From Candidatus Limnocylindrales bacterium (lineage in GTDB: Bacteria > Chloroflexota > Limnocylindria > Limnocylindrales > CSP1-4): a DNA stretch of 64,000 nucleotides. Made by a program: the position numbers and the translations under genes. How positions within the stretch are numbered: position 1 is the stretch's first letter; every line of letters starts with the position of its first letter. The notes beneath the pieces were generated by a model. The model searched no databases and was not told where the DNA came from. It was given only the letters and a program-made list of their open reading frames with translations. The stretch spans positions 6,221 through 70,220 of the forward strand of contig DATBFJ010000029.1 of NCBI GenBank assembly GCA_036558545.1, written 5' to 3'. Of this stretch, positions 34,262 to 44,400 are shown piece after piece.

Positions 34262-36592
34262 GTGAGCGCGCCCGCCGTCTCCCGGCGCGCCCACGAGTCG
34301 ACGCCAGAGAGACTTCTCGACCAGACGCTCAGCCAATCGCACATGGTTGCGCCGTCGACCGCCAGGCATCTGCGCCGAATGGACATCGTCACGGTACGCG
34401 ATCTCGTGTTCCACTTCCCACGCAAGTACAACGACTTCAGCCGGTCCATGACGCTCAAAGAGCTACGCGAGAAGCCGCCCGAAGGCCCGGTGAGCGCAAC
34501 CGTCGAGGTGGTGGATCTGCGCGTCGAAGCGGGCTTCAGGCGCCGCGTTCAACGCACCGTTGCGCGCCTGCGTGATGAAACGGGCGAGGCCGAGGCGATC
34601 TGGTTCGGGCGACGGTACATAGAACGTCGTTTGGCGATTGGTGACGTCGTCGCAATGTCCGGCAAAGTCGAGCTGCGCGGTTGGCTGCCGCGCTTCCAAA
34701 ACCCCGAATTCGGGGTTGCCGGCGGCGAGTCACTGAACGCCGGACGGATAGTGCCTGTTTACCGCCTCACGGCCGGAGTAACGCTGCCGACCCTTCGAGC
34801 GCGGATCAAGGACGCTCTCGACAAGGCCCTTCCGACGCAGCCTGAATACCTGTCGCGGACCATGCGCCGGTCACTGGAGCCTGACATCGGTCGCCTCGTC
34901 GATGTTCGCGAGGCAATCGAGTGGATGCATTTCCCGCCGGATTTCGCGCAGCTGGACGACGCGTTGCGCCGCCTCGCGTTCGACGAGCTGCTCGCGCTCC
35001 AGTTGGGCATGGTTGCGCGGCAGCGACAACGTGAGCGCGAGCACGGCGAGCCAATAGTCGTCAGTGACGCCGAGTTCAACGCGATCGTCAGTGGCGTCGA
35101 GACCGTCATTGCAAACCAGGTTGCCGAAAGACTTGCGCGCGCCGGCCAGGAGATCGAGGCGGACGCGGCGGTGTCGCTGACAGAAGACCAGGGTTCCGCG
35201 CTGTCTGACATTCGCGCGGACCTGGCCGGCGCCGTGCCGATGATGCGCTTGCTGCAGGGCGATGTCGGCTCCGGCAAGACGGCGGTGGCGGCGATCGCGA
35301 TGGCGGCCGTCGCGGCGCGCGAGCAACAGGCCGCGCTGCTCGCACCAACCGATCTTCTCGCGCGCCAGCACGCGCAAACGCTGAGCCTGCTGCTCGAGCC
35401 GCTCGGTCACGATGTGACCTTGCTGACCGGCTCCCTGCCAGCAGCCCAGCGCGGAGAGGCGCTTGATCTGCTGGCTGCGCCGACGCAGTCGATCGAGGGC
35501 AGGAGTCGGGGACGAGTCGTCGTCGGCACGCATGCGCTCGTCCAGGAAGGGGTGGCGTTCGACAACCTCCGACTCGTCGTGGTCGACGAGCAGCACCGGT
35601 TTGGCGTCGCCGAACGAGACGCGCTGACGAGCAAGGGCACCGCACCTCACGTTCTGCTGATGACCGCCACGCCCATTCCGCGAACTCTCGGCCAGATAGT
35701 CCACGCGGACCTGGACGTCTCCGACCTGCGTACCCCACCCCGGGGCCGGCAGAAGATCCGCACCGGCATCAGGCGCACTGATGAGCTCGTGCGCCGGGCT
35801 GACGGGGGCACGGGCGCCATCCCGTTGATGGTCCGCGAGATCGCCAAGCGGCACCGCGCGTTCGTGGTCGTGCCGCTCGTCGAGGACGACCCTGAATCGG
35901 GAGCGAGATCAGTCGAGGACGGCGCGAAGCTCATCGCCGGTCACTGGGCAGAGGCCGCCCAGACGGCCGGGCTGGACGTCGAGTTGCCACCAATCGAAAT
36001 CGTCCACGGGCAGATGAAGGCGCGCGAACGTGATGAGCGAATGGAGCGCTTCCGCGCCGGCGAGGTGCCCATCGTCGTTGGCACGACCGTGCTCGAGGTG
36101 GGCGTGGACGTGCCCGAGGCGACCGTGATGATGATCCTTGACGCTGATCGATTTGGCCTCGCCCAACTTCACCAGCTGCGTGGCCGCGTTGGCCGCGGCG
36201 AGGCGGAGTCGTACTGCATCCTCGTCAGCGAGCGTTATCCCGTTGATCCAGACAATCCGGCAGATGACGAAGAAGCGACGGTGAAGGCCCGACTGGATGC
36301 TCTGGCCCACACAACCGACGGTTTCCTGCTGGCGGAGATGGACCTCGAACAACGGCATGAGGGCGAATTGCTGGGGGTGTCTCAGAGCGGCTTGCCACCA
36401 CTTCGGGTCGCGTCACTGACCAGGCCCTCCGATCAGCAGATGTCGCTCCGCGCGCGCTCCGTGGCCGAGGACATCGTAAGTCCAGATGGGCGACTCAAGC
36501 CTGGCCATGAGGATCTGCAGCACGAGATCACGACGGGTTGGCTCAAGCGAGTTGGAGCCGGAGAAGTCCTGGAGGTGGACGCAGATGCCTGA
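34262..36592 (+). CDS. recG: ATP-dependent DNA helicase RecG
   Basis: Wedge-domain N-terminus, GDVGSGKT Walker A, DEQHRFG, and QLHQLRGRVGRG motif VI. Confidence 0.92.
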   Translation: MSAPAVSRRAHESTPERLLDQTLSQSHMVAPSTARHLRRMDIVTVRDLVFHFPRKYNDFSRSMTLKELREKPPEGPVSATVEVVDLRVEAGFRRRVQRTVARLRDETGEAEAIWFGRRYIERRLAIGDVVAMSGKVELRGWLPRFQNPEFGVAGGESLNAGRIVPVYRLTAGVTLPTLRARIKDALDKALPTQPEYLSRTMRRSLEPDIGRLVDVREAIEWMHFPPDFAQLDDALRRLAFDELLALQLGMVARQRQREREHGEPIVVSDAEFNAIVSGVETVIANQVAERLARAGQEIEADAAVSLTEDQGSALSDIRADLAGAVPMMRLLQGDVGSGKTAVAAIAMAAVAAREQQAALLAPTDLLARQHAQTLSLLLEPLGHDVTLLTGSLPAAQRGEALDLLAAPTQSIEGRSRGRVVVGTHALVQEGVAFDNLRLVVVDEQHRFGVAERDALTSKGTAPHVLLMTATPIPRTLGQIVHADLDVSDLRTPPRGRQKIRTGIRRTDELVRRADGGTGAIPLMVREIAKRHRAFVVVPLVEDDPESGARSVEDGAKLIAGHWAEAAQTAGLDVELPPIEIVHGQMKARERDERMERFRAGEVPIVVGTTVLEVGVDVPEATVMMILDADRFGLAQLHQLRGRVGRGEAESYCILVSERYPVDPDNPADDEEATVKARLDALAHTTDGFLLAEMDLEQRHEGELLGVSQSGLPPLRVASLTRPSDQQMSLRARSVAEDIVSPDGRLKPGHEDLQHEITTGWLKRVGAGEVLEVDADA

Positions 36593-37160
36593 CGCTGGTC
36601 GCATCATTGCGGGCACTGCTCGCGGAATACGCCTCGAGGCGCCGCCGGATGGCACGCGTCCATTGACCGACAGGGTCAAGGAAGCGCTCTTCGCGGCGCT
36701 CGAGTCCGCCGGTGCCCTTGGCGGTCCCTTCCTGGACCTTTTTGCCGGCAGCGGCGCGGCGGGCATCGAAGCGCTCAGCCGCGGAGCGCCGCGCGCCACA
36801 TTCGTCGAGCGCGACGGCAAGGCGTGCCATGTCATCGGCGAGAACCTGCGCCGCGCGCACCTCGAAGTCAATGGCGACGTCGTGCGCGCGGAAGCTGTCA
36901 GCTTCCTGCTCGGCGGCGCAGCACAAAAGCGCGATCCCTTCCAGACGGCGGTCGTGGATCCGCCTTACGGCGACCAGATCCTGGAACGCGCGCTCGATCT
37001 GCTGGGCGATCGCGAGCGACGCTGGCTGACCGACGACGCGACAGTCGTGGCCAAGCATTTTTGGAAAGACGAGCCGCCTGAGACCGCGGGCACCTTGTCC
37101 AGGACTCGGCAGAAGCGCTTCGGCGAGACGATGCTCTCCTTTTACACTCAGAACAGATGA
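36585..37160 (+). CDS. rsmD: 16S rRNA (guanine966-N2)-methyltransferase RsmD
   Basis: RPLTDRVKEALF, DLFAGSGAAGIEALSRGA and DPPY motifs. ATG 36585 overlaps the recG end. Confidence 0.88.
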   Translation: MPDAGRIIAGTARGIRLEAPPDGTRPLTDRVKEALFAALESAGALGGPFLDLFAGSGAAGIEALSRGAPRATFVERDGKACHVIGENLRRAHLEVNGDVVRAEAVSFLLGGAAQKRDPFQTAVVDPPYGDQILERALDLLGDRERRWLTDDATVVAKHFWKDEPPETAGTLSRTRQKRFGETMLSFYTQNR

Positions 37161-37663
37161 CCGTCGCCGTCTATCCAGGCTCGTTCGATCCGATCACCTT
37201 CGGCCACATCGACGTGATCGGCCGTGCCGCGACCGTCTTCGACAAGCTCGTCGTCGGAGTGCTGATCAACCCGAAAAAATCGCCGATGTTCTCGCTGGAC
37301 GATCGGATGGAGGTCATTCGCCAGGCAATCGGCGACGAATTGCCTCAGCTGGCGGAAAGAATTGACGTGGCAGGCTTCGATGGTCTGACGGTCGATTTCG
37401 CGCTCAAGGTCGGTGCTGGCTTCATCGTCCGTGGCCTTCGCGCGGTGAGCGATTTCGAGTCGGAGATGCAGATGGCTCACACAAATCGCAAGCTGGCACC
37501 ACAGGTTGACACGGTCTTCTTCATGACTGCACTCGAGCACGCCTATCTCTCGTCGAGCCTGGTCAAGGAGATCGCGCAGTTCGGCGGCGACGTCGCCGGC
37601 ATGGTTCCCGGTGCAGTTACGCGTAGGCTCGGGGAGGCGTCAGGCCGTACAATCGGCGGCTAA
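37157..37663 (+). CDS. coaD: Pantetheine-phosphate adenylyltransferase
   Basis: AVYPGSFDPITFGHIDVI (HxGH-type) and ISSSLVKEI motifs. Confidence 0.93.
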   Translation: MTVAVYPGSFDPITFGHIDVIGRAATVFDKLVVGVLINPKKSPMFSLDDRMEVIRQAIGDELPQLAERIDVAGFDGLTVDFALKVGAGFIVRGLRAVSDFESEMQMAHTNRKLAPQVDTVFFMTALEHAYLSSSLVKEIAQFGGDVAGMVPGAVTRRLGEASGRTIGG

Positions 37664-37779
37664 GAGCGCGTGCTGAGGTTGGGTGCACTGGACGCCAGGC
37701 GCGTGCCCCGGAGAAGACTCCCATCGACATCATCTTTCTGATCGAACAGCTTGAACGGCTGATCTCGGGCGGCCGGGCC

Positions 37780-38238
37780 ATGCCGCTCACGAGCAACGTG
37801 ATCATCGACCAGGCCCGCGCTCTGGACCTTCTCGATCAGCTGCGTGTGGCGGTGCCCGAAGAGGTTCGCCAGGCAAAGCGAATCAACGAAGAGACCGAGC
37901 GCATCGTCGAGCGCGCGCAGGAAGAGGCTGAGCGCATCCTTGCGCGTGCCCAGGAGCAGGCGGCCTTCCTGATCGAGGAGCGTGAGCTGACGCGCGCTGC
38001 CGAGATCAAGTCGAAGGAGATCATCGCCGAGGGTCAGCGCGAAGCCGACGAGATCCGGCGCGGTGCCGACGAATACGCGGCAAGCGTGCTCGTGAAGATC
38101 GAAGGCCAACTGATTCACGAGCTACAGAGCATCAAGCGCGGCTTGGCGATGCTCGACGAACGCTATGTCGACGACAACGAGGGCAACGGCGTCGCACCGG
38201 CGGCAGAGGTGCCCAGCGGTGTCGGTGGACGCTCTTAG
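37780..38238 (+). CDS. Coiled-coil protein (ATP synthase subunit b-like, E/A/R-rich); true start probably upstream at a non-canonical codon
   Basis: 152-aa ORF dominated by E/A/R/Q heptads. The in-frame upstream sequence encodes IDIIFLIEQLERLISGGRA with GGAG 9 nt before ATC 37723. Confidence 0.6.
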   Translation: MPLTSNVIIDQARALDLLDQLRVAVPEEVRQAKRINEETERIVERAQEEAERILARAQEQAAFLIEERELTRAAEIKSKEIIAEGQREADEIRRGADEYAASVLVKIEGQLIHELQSIKRGLAMLDERYVDDNEGNGVAPAAEVPSGVGGRS

Positions 38239-38755
38239 CTACAACGTCGCGTCGCTGCTCAGAGCGGCACCTGGGACAGAAAACAAGTACCCGGTCACCG
38301 ACGTTCGTCTCGACATCGCAGAGGATCTGACCCTCTCACAGCCGATCAACGGCGAGGTACGCCTCTCCAGGACGGGCAGGAGCATTCTGGCGCGCGCCCA
38401 TCTGAGCACCGCGGTCGAGGGATACTGCGCGCGCTGCCTGACGGTGGTTACGGCGCCTATCGAAGTGGACATCGAAGAGGAGGCGCTGCCTTCGATCGAC
38501 ATCGACAGTGGCTTACCGGTGCATCATGAGGACGAGCCGGACGTGTTGCGAATCGATGACCATCACGAGCTTGATCTGAGCGAACCCGTGCGCGAAGCGA
38601 TCAGTTTGGCCGAACCGATTACTCTTCTATGTCGCCAAGACTGCCGCGGGCTGTGCCCCACGTGCGGCGTCGACCTCAACACTGTCATCGAACATTCCCA
38701 CACCGAAGACGCGATCGACCCGCGCCTGGCCGGTTTGGCAGAGTGGCGCGAATAA
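38225..38755 (+). CDS. yceD: YceD/DUF177 family protein (23S rRNA accumulation protein)
   Basis: CxRC...CxxxCxGLCPxCGxxLN pattern (CARCL, CRQDCRGLCPTCGVDLN). Sits upstream of rpmF as in many bacteria. GTG 38225 or 38219. Confidence 0.8.
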   Translation: MDALSYNVASLLRAAPGTENKYPVTDVRLDIAEDLTLSQPINGEVRLSRTGRSILARAHLSTAVEGYCARCLTVVTAPIEVDIEEEALPSIDIDSGLPVHHEDEPDVLRIDDHHELDLSEPVREAISLAEPITLLCRQDCRGLCPTCGVDLNTVIEHSHTEDAIDPRLAGLAEWRE

Positions 38756-38773
38756 CCAAGGAGAGAGAAGGAC

Positions 38774-38977
38774 ATGGGAGTTCCCAAGAGGCGTGTCTCG
38801 CACGCGCGCCAGGGCGAGCGTCGCTCGCATCACGCGCTGAGCCTGCCGCAGCTAGAGGAGTGCCCGCACTGCCATCAGCAGAAGCGCGCTCATCACGCGT
38901 GCCAGAACTGCGGCTGGTACAACGGCCGCGAGGCCGTGCACATCAAGACCAAGACCAAGCCGGAGAGCGCGGCTTAA
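38774..38977 (+). CDS. rpmF: 50S ribosomal protein L32
   Basis: MGVPKRRVSHARQGERRSH and Cys knuckles CPHC...CQNCG. AAGGAG-like SD. Confidence 0.92.
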   Translation: MGVPKRRVSHARQGERRSHHALSLPQLEECPHCHQQKRAHHACQNCGWYNGREAVHIKTKTKPESAA

Positions 38978-39021
38978 GGCCCGCTTCCTTCCGTTCGCTC
39001 CTCGACTAGAGGAGACAACAC

Positions 39022-40050
39022 TTGGATCTCGAGACGCTGCGCGGCACTGAGTCGCACCTGGACGCACGTGTCCGGGTCGCAGTTGACGCGATGGGCGGGG
39101 ATCACGCACCGGACGAGGTCGTCGCCGGTGCAGTGGACTGGGCCGCGAACAATCCGGACACGGACGTCATCCTCGTCGGAGATCAGGCCGCGATTGAGGC
39201 CCTTATCAGTGGGCCGCGTCCCGCGACCGTGAGCATCGTGCCCGCCAGCGAGTCGGTCTCGATGGATGAGCATCCGGCGCTCGCCGTGCGCCGCAAGCGA
39301 GACGCCTCGATCAACATTTGCATGCGCCTCGTGAAGGATGGCAAGGCCGACGCGGTGGTGACCGCGGGCCACACCGGAGCCGGTGTCGCGTCGGCCATCC
39401 TCAACCTTGGTCGGCTGAAGAACGTCGACAGGCCCGCGCTTGCCGTCCAGCTCGTGACGGATAAGGGCCCGATGGTTTTTCTCGACATTGGTGCCACGAC
39501 CGATTCGACGGGCAACAACCTGTACCAGTACGCGCAGATGGGCACGATCTTCGCCGAGCGGGTGCTGGGCGTGAAGACGCCCTCGGTCGCGCTGTTGAGC
39601 ATTGGAGAGGAAGGCGGCAAGGGCGAGCAGCGAGTCCAGGATGCGACCACGCTGCTCAGTGCCAGCGACCTCAACTTCGTGGGCAATGCCGAGGGCAAGG
39701 ACCTGCCCAAGCATCCAGCGGACGTGGTCGTGTGCGATGCATCCGTGGGCAACGTAACGATCAAGTTCTTCGAGGGCCTGTCGACCTTCATCTTCGACCA
39801 GTTCCGGATCGAGTTCAAAAGAGCACCATGGGGCCCGATCGGCTACTTCTTCATGCGTCCGGGCATCGGCCGGATCCGCCAGCGCTTCGACTACGAGCGG
39901 CTCGGCGGCTCGCCGCTATTGGGCGTCAGGGGGACCGTGCTCATCACCCACGGCCGCGCGCGCCGGCGGATGATCGGCTTCGCCGTGGAAGTTGGCGCGG
40001 CCGCGGCACGGGCTCATATCCCCGACCGAATTGCCGATGCTCTCTCCTGA
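39022..40050 (+). CDS. plsX: Phosphate acyltransferase PlsX
   Basis: VAVDAMGGDHAP, DAVVTAGHTGA and GNVTIKF motifs. Confidence 0.92.
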   Translation: MDLETLRGTESHLDARVRVAVDAMGGDHAPDEVVAGAVDWAANNPDTDVILVGDQAAIEALISGPRPATVSIVPASESVSMDEHPALAVRRKRDASINICMRLVKDGKADAVVTAGHTGAGVASAILNLGRLKNVDRPALAVQLVTDKGPMVFLDIGATTDSTGNNLYQYAQMGTIFAERVLGVKTPSVALLSIGEEGGKGEQRVQDATTLLSASDLNFVGNAEGKDLPKHPADVVVCDASVGNVTIKFFEGLSTFIFDQFRIEFKRAPWGPIGYFFMRPGIGRIRQRFDYERLGGSPLLGVRGTVLITHGRARRRMIGFAVEVGAAAARAHIPDRIADALS

Positions 40051-40504
40051 GGATCTACCGCCAGAAGATTCGTCGCGTGTCCACGACGAGGAGCGCGAGG
40101 CACGACAGCTCGCCCTCGCCGCAGTCTTCGAAGCCGACTTTGGCCAGCACACCGCACATCAGGTCCTCGAGAGGCGCATCGGCGACGAGCAAACCGGCCC
40201 ACGGGTGGCATCGATGGCGCGCGACATCGTTGCCGCGGTGGCCGTCAACCGCGACCGGATCGACGCTCAAATTGAGCAGATCGCGCCTCGTTACCCGGTC
40301 GTTCAGCTGGCCAAAATAGACCGCGCTTTGCTCCGTTGCGCGATGGCTGAACTGCTACACTCCCGCACGACGCCGGCCCGGGTAGCCATCGCCGAGTGGG
40401 TCGAGCTGGCGCGCACATACAGTGGCGAACCAGCCCGTCGTCTGCTGAACGGCGTTCTCGGGCGAGTCGTCCGAGACAGCCAAACAGGAGGGAGCACTGA
40501 GTGA
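40037..40504 (+). CDS. nusB: Transcription antitermination factor NusB
   Basis: [16 protein letters not shown]..., [16 protein letters not shown] and [24 protein letters not shown] motifs. ATG 40037 overlaps plsX by 14 nt. Confidence 0.8.
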   Translation: MLSPEDLPPEDSSRVHDEEREARQLALAAVFEADFGQHTAHQVLERRIGDEQTGPRVASMARDIVAAVAVNRDRIDAQIEQIAPRYPVVQLAKIDRALLRCAMAELLHSRTTPARVAIAEWVELARTYSGEPARRLLNGVLGRVVRDSQTGGSTE

Positions 40505-40743
40505 CCGCAGATACCTATGAGCGTCTGAAGAAGATCGTCGTGGAGCAGCTTGGCGTAGAAGAGGACCAGGTAACTCCGGATGCGAACTTCGTTGAAGACC
40601 TCAATGCGGACTCGCTCGATCTGGTTGAGCTGATCATGAGCCTCGAGGAAGAGTTCGGAGCCGAGATCTCGGACGAAGACGCCGAGAAGATCCGGACGGT
40701 TCAGGACGCCGTCGACTACGTCGAGGAGCGCTCTAACCAGTAG
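40501..40743 (+). CDS. acpP: Acyl carrier protein
   Basis: 80 aa with phosphopantetheine site [20 protein letters not shown]. Confidence 0.95.
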   Translation: MTADTYERLKKIVVEQLGVEEDQVTPDANFVEDLNADSLDLVELIMSLEEEFGAEISDEDAEKIRTVQDAVDYVEERSNQ

Positions 40744-40762
40744 GCTCCAGAGTCGGGATCGC

Positions 40763-41461
40763 ATGGCGCCGGCGGCGGAGCTTGCCGAGCGCCTCGGGCT
40801 TCAATTCAGCGATCTTTCGCTGCTCACCCAGGCGCTCATACACAGCAGCTACCTGCATGAGCAGCCGTCCGCGGGTCAGTCCAACGAGCGCCTCGAGTTT
40901 CTCGGCGACTCGGTAATCGGGCTGATCATCTCCGAGGCGCTGTGGCAGCGCTATCCGAGCGACGATGAAGGCTCGATGACCACTCGCCGCGCAGCAATCG
41001 TGTCCGCGCGAGGCCTATCGCGTATCGCCCAGCGGCTCGAGCTGGGCGAGTTTCTGTATCTGGGCCTGGGAGCGTCAGCCGCCGGAGAAAGAGCGCGCAA
41101 GTCCGTGCTGGCCGCGCTGTTTGAAGCCGTGACCGGCGCAATCTACCTGGAGTTCGGTCTGGAAACGACACGAACGTGGCTGCTCGCCGTGGCAGAGCCG
41201 GAGCTATCCGAGCCGAACACGATCGACGCGCTCAAGCCGGCGAAGAGCGTGCTTCAGGAGCTGTCCTACGCACGGACGGGGCGCGCGCCGCACTACCGCC
41301 TGGTCAGTGACGAGGGACCGGCCCACGCGCGCGAATACGTTGTCGAAGCCGTGGTCGGCGGTGAGCCGCTGGGCCAGGGGAGCGGCCGCTCGCGGCGCGA
41401 AGCCGAGACCGAGGCGGCGCGCGTTGCGATTGCGGCACTCGAGCGAATGACTGCCGACTGA
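40763..41461 (+). CDS. rnc: Ribonuclease III
   Basis: Catalytic NERLEFLGDSV signature and C-terminal dsRBD (GPAHAREY...GSGRSRREAE..AA). Confidence 0.93.
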   Translation: MAPAAELAERLGLQFSDLSLLTQALIHSSYLHEQPSAGQSNERLEFLGDSVIGLIISEALWQRYPSDDEGSMTTRRAAIVSARGLSRIAQRLELGEFLYLGLGASAAGERARKSVLAALFEAVTGAIYLEFGLETTRTWLLAVAEPELSEPNTIDALKPAKSVLQELSYARTGRAPHYRLVSDEGPAHAREYVVEAVVGGEPLGQGSGRSRREAETEAARVAIAALERMTAD

Positions 41462-44400
41462 TGGGCACGGCGCGCCTCACGGCACTGCGGCTCGTGGGCT
41501 TCAAGTCATTCGCCGAGAAGACGGTCGTCGAGTTCGGGCCGGGCATCTCCGCAGTCGTCGGCCCGAACGGCAGTGGCAAGAGCAATCTCGCCGACGCGCT
41601 GCGCTGGACGCTGGGTGAACAGGGCCGCACGCTCCGCACGCGCCGCTCCGAGGACGTGATCTTTGCCGGCTCGTCGTCGCGCCGCGCCATCGGCATGGCC
41701 GATGTGACGCTCGTCATCGACAACGGCGACCGACTCCTGCCGGTCGATTACGGCGAATTGGAAATCGGCAGGCGGCTGTACCGATCGGGTGAAAGCGAGT
41801 ACCTGCTGAACCGGCAACGCATCCGGTTGCGCGACCTCGTCGAGCTGCTCGATGCGGGCAATCTTGCCGACAACGCCTTCCTGTTCATAGGCCAGGGCAT
41901 GGTCGACCAGGCGTTGGCGCTTAGGCCGGAGGAGCGCCGGCCGTTGTTCGAGGAAGCGGCCGGTGTCCGCCGCCACGAGCGGCGGCGGCGGCAGGCGGAG
42001 CAGGAATTGGCCGAAGCGGAATCGAACATCGAGCGCGTCCGCGACGTGCTCGCCGAGCTGCGGCCGCAAGCACGGCGGCTGGCCGCACAGGCGGAACAGC
42101 TGCAGGCGCGAAGGACGGCCGGTGTGGAGCTTGCCGAAGGACTGCTGGGGGCGGCGCGGGCGCGTTGGCTGTCGTCATCACAGGTCGCGGCACAGCAGCA
42201 CAAGGCGCTCGATCGCGCGCGCGCCGCCGCCGACTCGGCACTGGCTGAGTTGAAGGCCGCGGAGGAACAGGCGAGCACCCTGTCCGAGGCAATCGCCCGA
42301 CGGGCCCAGGACGAGCGCACGCAGCGCTCAGAGGTCGATCAGCACCGGCTCGCCCTGACCGAGCTGCGAGTTGCGTTGGCACGTGCCGAGTCAGAGATCA
42401 CATCAACGGCACGCGAACGCGAGCGCCTTGTTGCGGAGGCCACGTCGATCGAGACGCGCCTCGCCGACTCGGCCCGCACCCTGGCCGAGCCGGTACCGGA
42501 GATGGACTCCGCCCTGGATATCGAGCTGGACCTGGTCGAGCGCCAGATCGCGGAGCTCGAGCCGAGCGCGCCGACGAGCGACGCCGCGGCACAGCTCCGC
42601 GCACGGACGGCTGAGCTTGAGCAGCAAACCCGCCGTCGCGATTCAGTCGCGAGCGCGGAGGCCGGCGCGGCCGCTCGGGCGGGCGACCTGACTGTCCGGC
42701 TCTCCATCGCGGAGGCTGAACGCGAGACGGCCACGGCCGCGGTCAAATCGAAGCAGTCCGCCCTGGCGCAGGCAGAAGAGGCGGCAGTTGTCGCCCGGCA
42801 TCGCGTCGACGAAATTGCGGCAGCCCGTTCGAACGCCCACGACCGTATGGCCGGCACGGAAGCAGAGCTGGCGGCGTCTCGGGCGCGTCTGGCGGCACTG
42901 GACGCGGCGATGGCGAGCACGGACGAATCGCTGTCACGTGCCGCCCGAGCGCGTGGCGGAACATTGCTCGCCGAAGGCCTGGAGGTCGAACCCGACCTTC
43001 GCCGTGCCGTCTCGGCCGCCCTGGGCTCCGCCGCGAGCGCTTTCCTGCTCGACGCTGCTTCGGTAACGGCAGTCGCCGACCGGCGCGGTGTTGTCGCGCT
43101 GCGCGGCATCAGAATGAAAAACGCTCCCGCCGCGCCTGCCGCGGCAGTGGTTGACGCGGCGAAGGAGGCAGGCGGCGGGTTGCTCAGCGAAGCCATCCGT
43201 CGGGATCCACAGGCCGAGGTGTCGAGGCTGCTCGCACGCGTCGTCTGGCTGCCGACACTCCCAGCCGCGCTGGCGATCCGTGCCCAGCTGCCGCCGGGCT
43301 GGCAAGCAGTGACCGTCGCGGGCGAAGTCGTCAATGACCAGGGCATCGTGGTCATCGGTGCCACTGCTTCCGCCCTCGATCTCCAGGCCGAACGGTCGGT
43401 CGCCGAGCGTGAAGGGACCGAGCTTGAGGCACGCCTGAAAGCCGACCGGTCCGACTTCGATCGGGAGCGAACTGGCGGTGACGCTGCGGCCCACGAGGCC
43501 CAGAAGGCGGCACGGGTCCTTGAGTCGGCCCGCCAGGATCGGCGCCGCGCAGAGGAGCAGGAGCGAGTCGCGCAGCGCCGCGCGGAACAGCTGCTTCGCG
43601 AGCTCAATTGGGAGCGCAGCCAGGCTGAGCGGTTGAAGGGCGACGTCTCCGCGGCAGATGCCCTGATAACGCAGCTGATGGGCGAGGTCGACCGACTGCG
43701 CGCCGAGGTGGAAGGGCTGGCCAAGAGCGACGGTGCGGCCGATCGGAGCGTGCGCCGGCTTCAGTTGATCGGTCGGCGCGATGAATTGCGACGGCGACGG
43801 GACGATCGCCTTGCCACCGTCGGTGTCGCTGAGGAAGCTCGGCGACGCGCGGACATTGGTCGGTCGATTGACGAGGCACGAGCCCGCGATCTCGATGCTG
43901 ATCTCGAACGCGTTGCGGCGCGTGCCGCCGAGCTCGCGCTCAATCAGACGCGCCTGAGCCGTGAATTGGCCGATGTCGAGCAGCGTTCGATGGCGGCCAC
44001 GGCCGTGCTCGACGGTTTGCTGGCTGCCGGATCCGACGAGCGCGAGCGCCTCGTTGCGGCCGAACGAAGCGCCGTAGCAGCGCGCGAGAAGCTGCGCGAG
44101 GCGGAAACGGCCAGCCGTGGCGCAGAGATGCAATCGATGGAGGCTCGTCTCCAGCTCGAACAGACGCGCGAGCAGCTGCTCGTGGAGCTGGCGACGATAG
44201 GCGCCGATGGCATGCGCGTGCTGCGGGACGCTTCAGGGTTAAGCCCACAGGTCAGCGAAGAAGACGAATCAAGCGCAAGCGACATGGAGGAGCTGCTCGA
44301 CACGGTGATCTCGCGCTGGTCCTCCGAGGTCTCGGGCGGCGCGTCCGTCGAAAGCCCTTCCCAGGGTCGCCTCGCGTCGTTGCGGCGTCGCTTCAATGAG

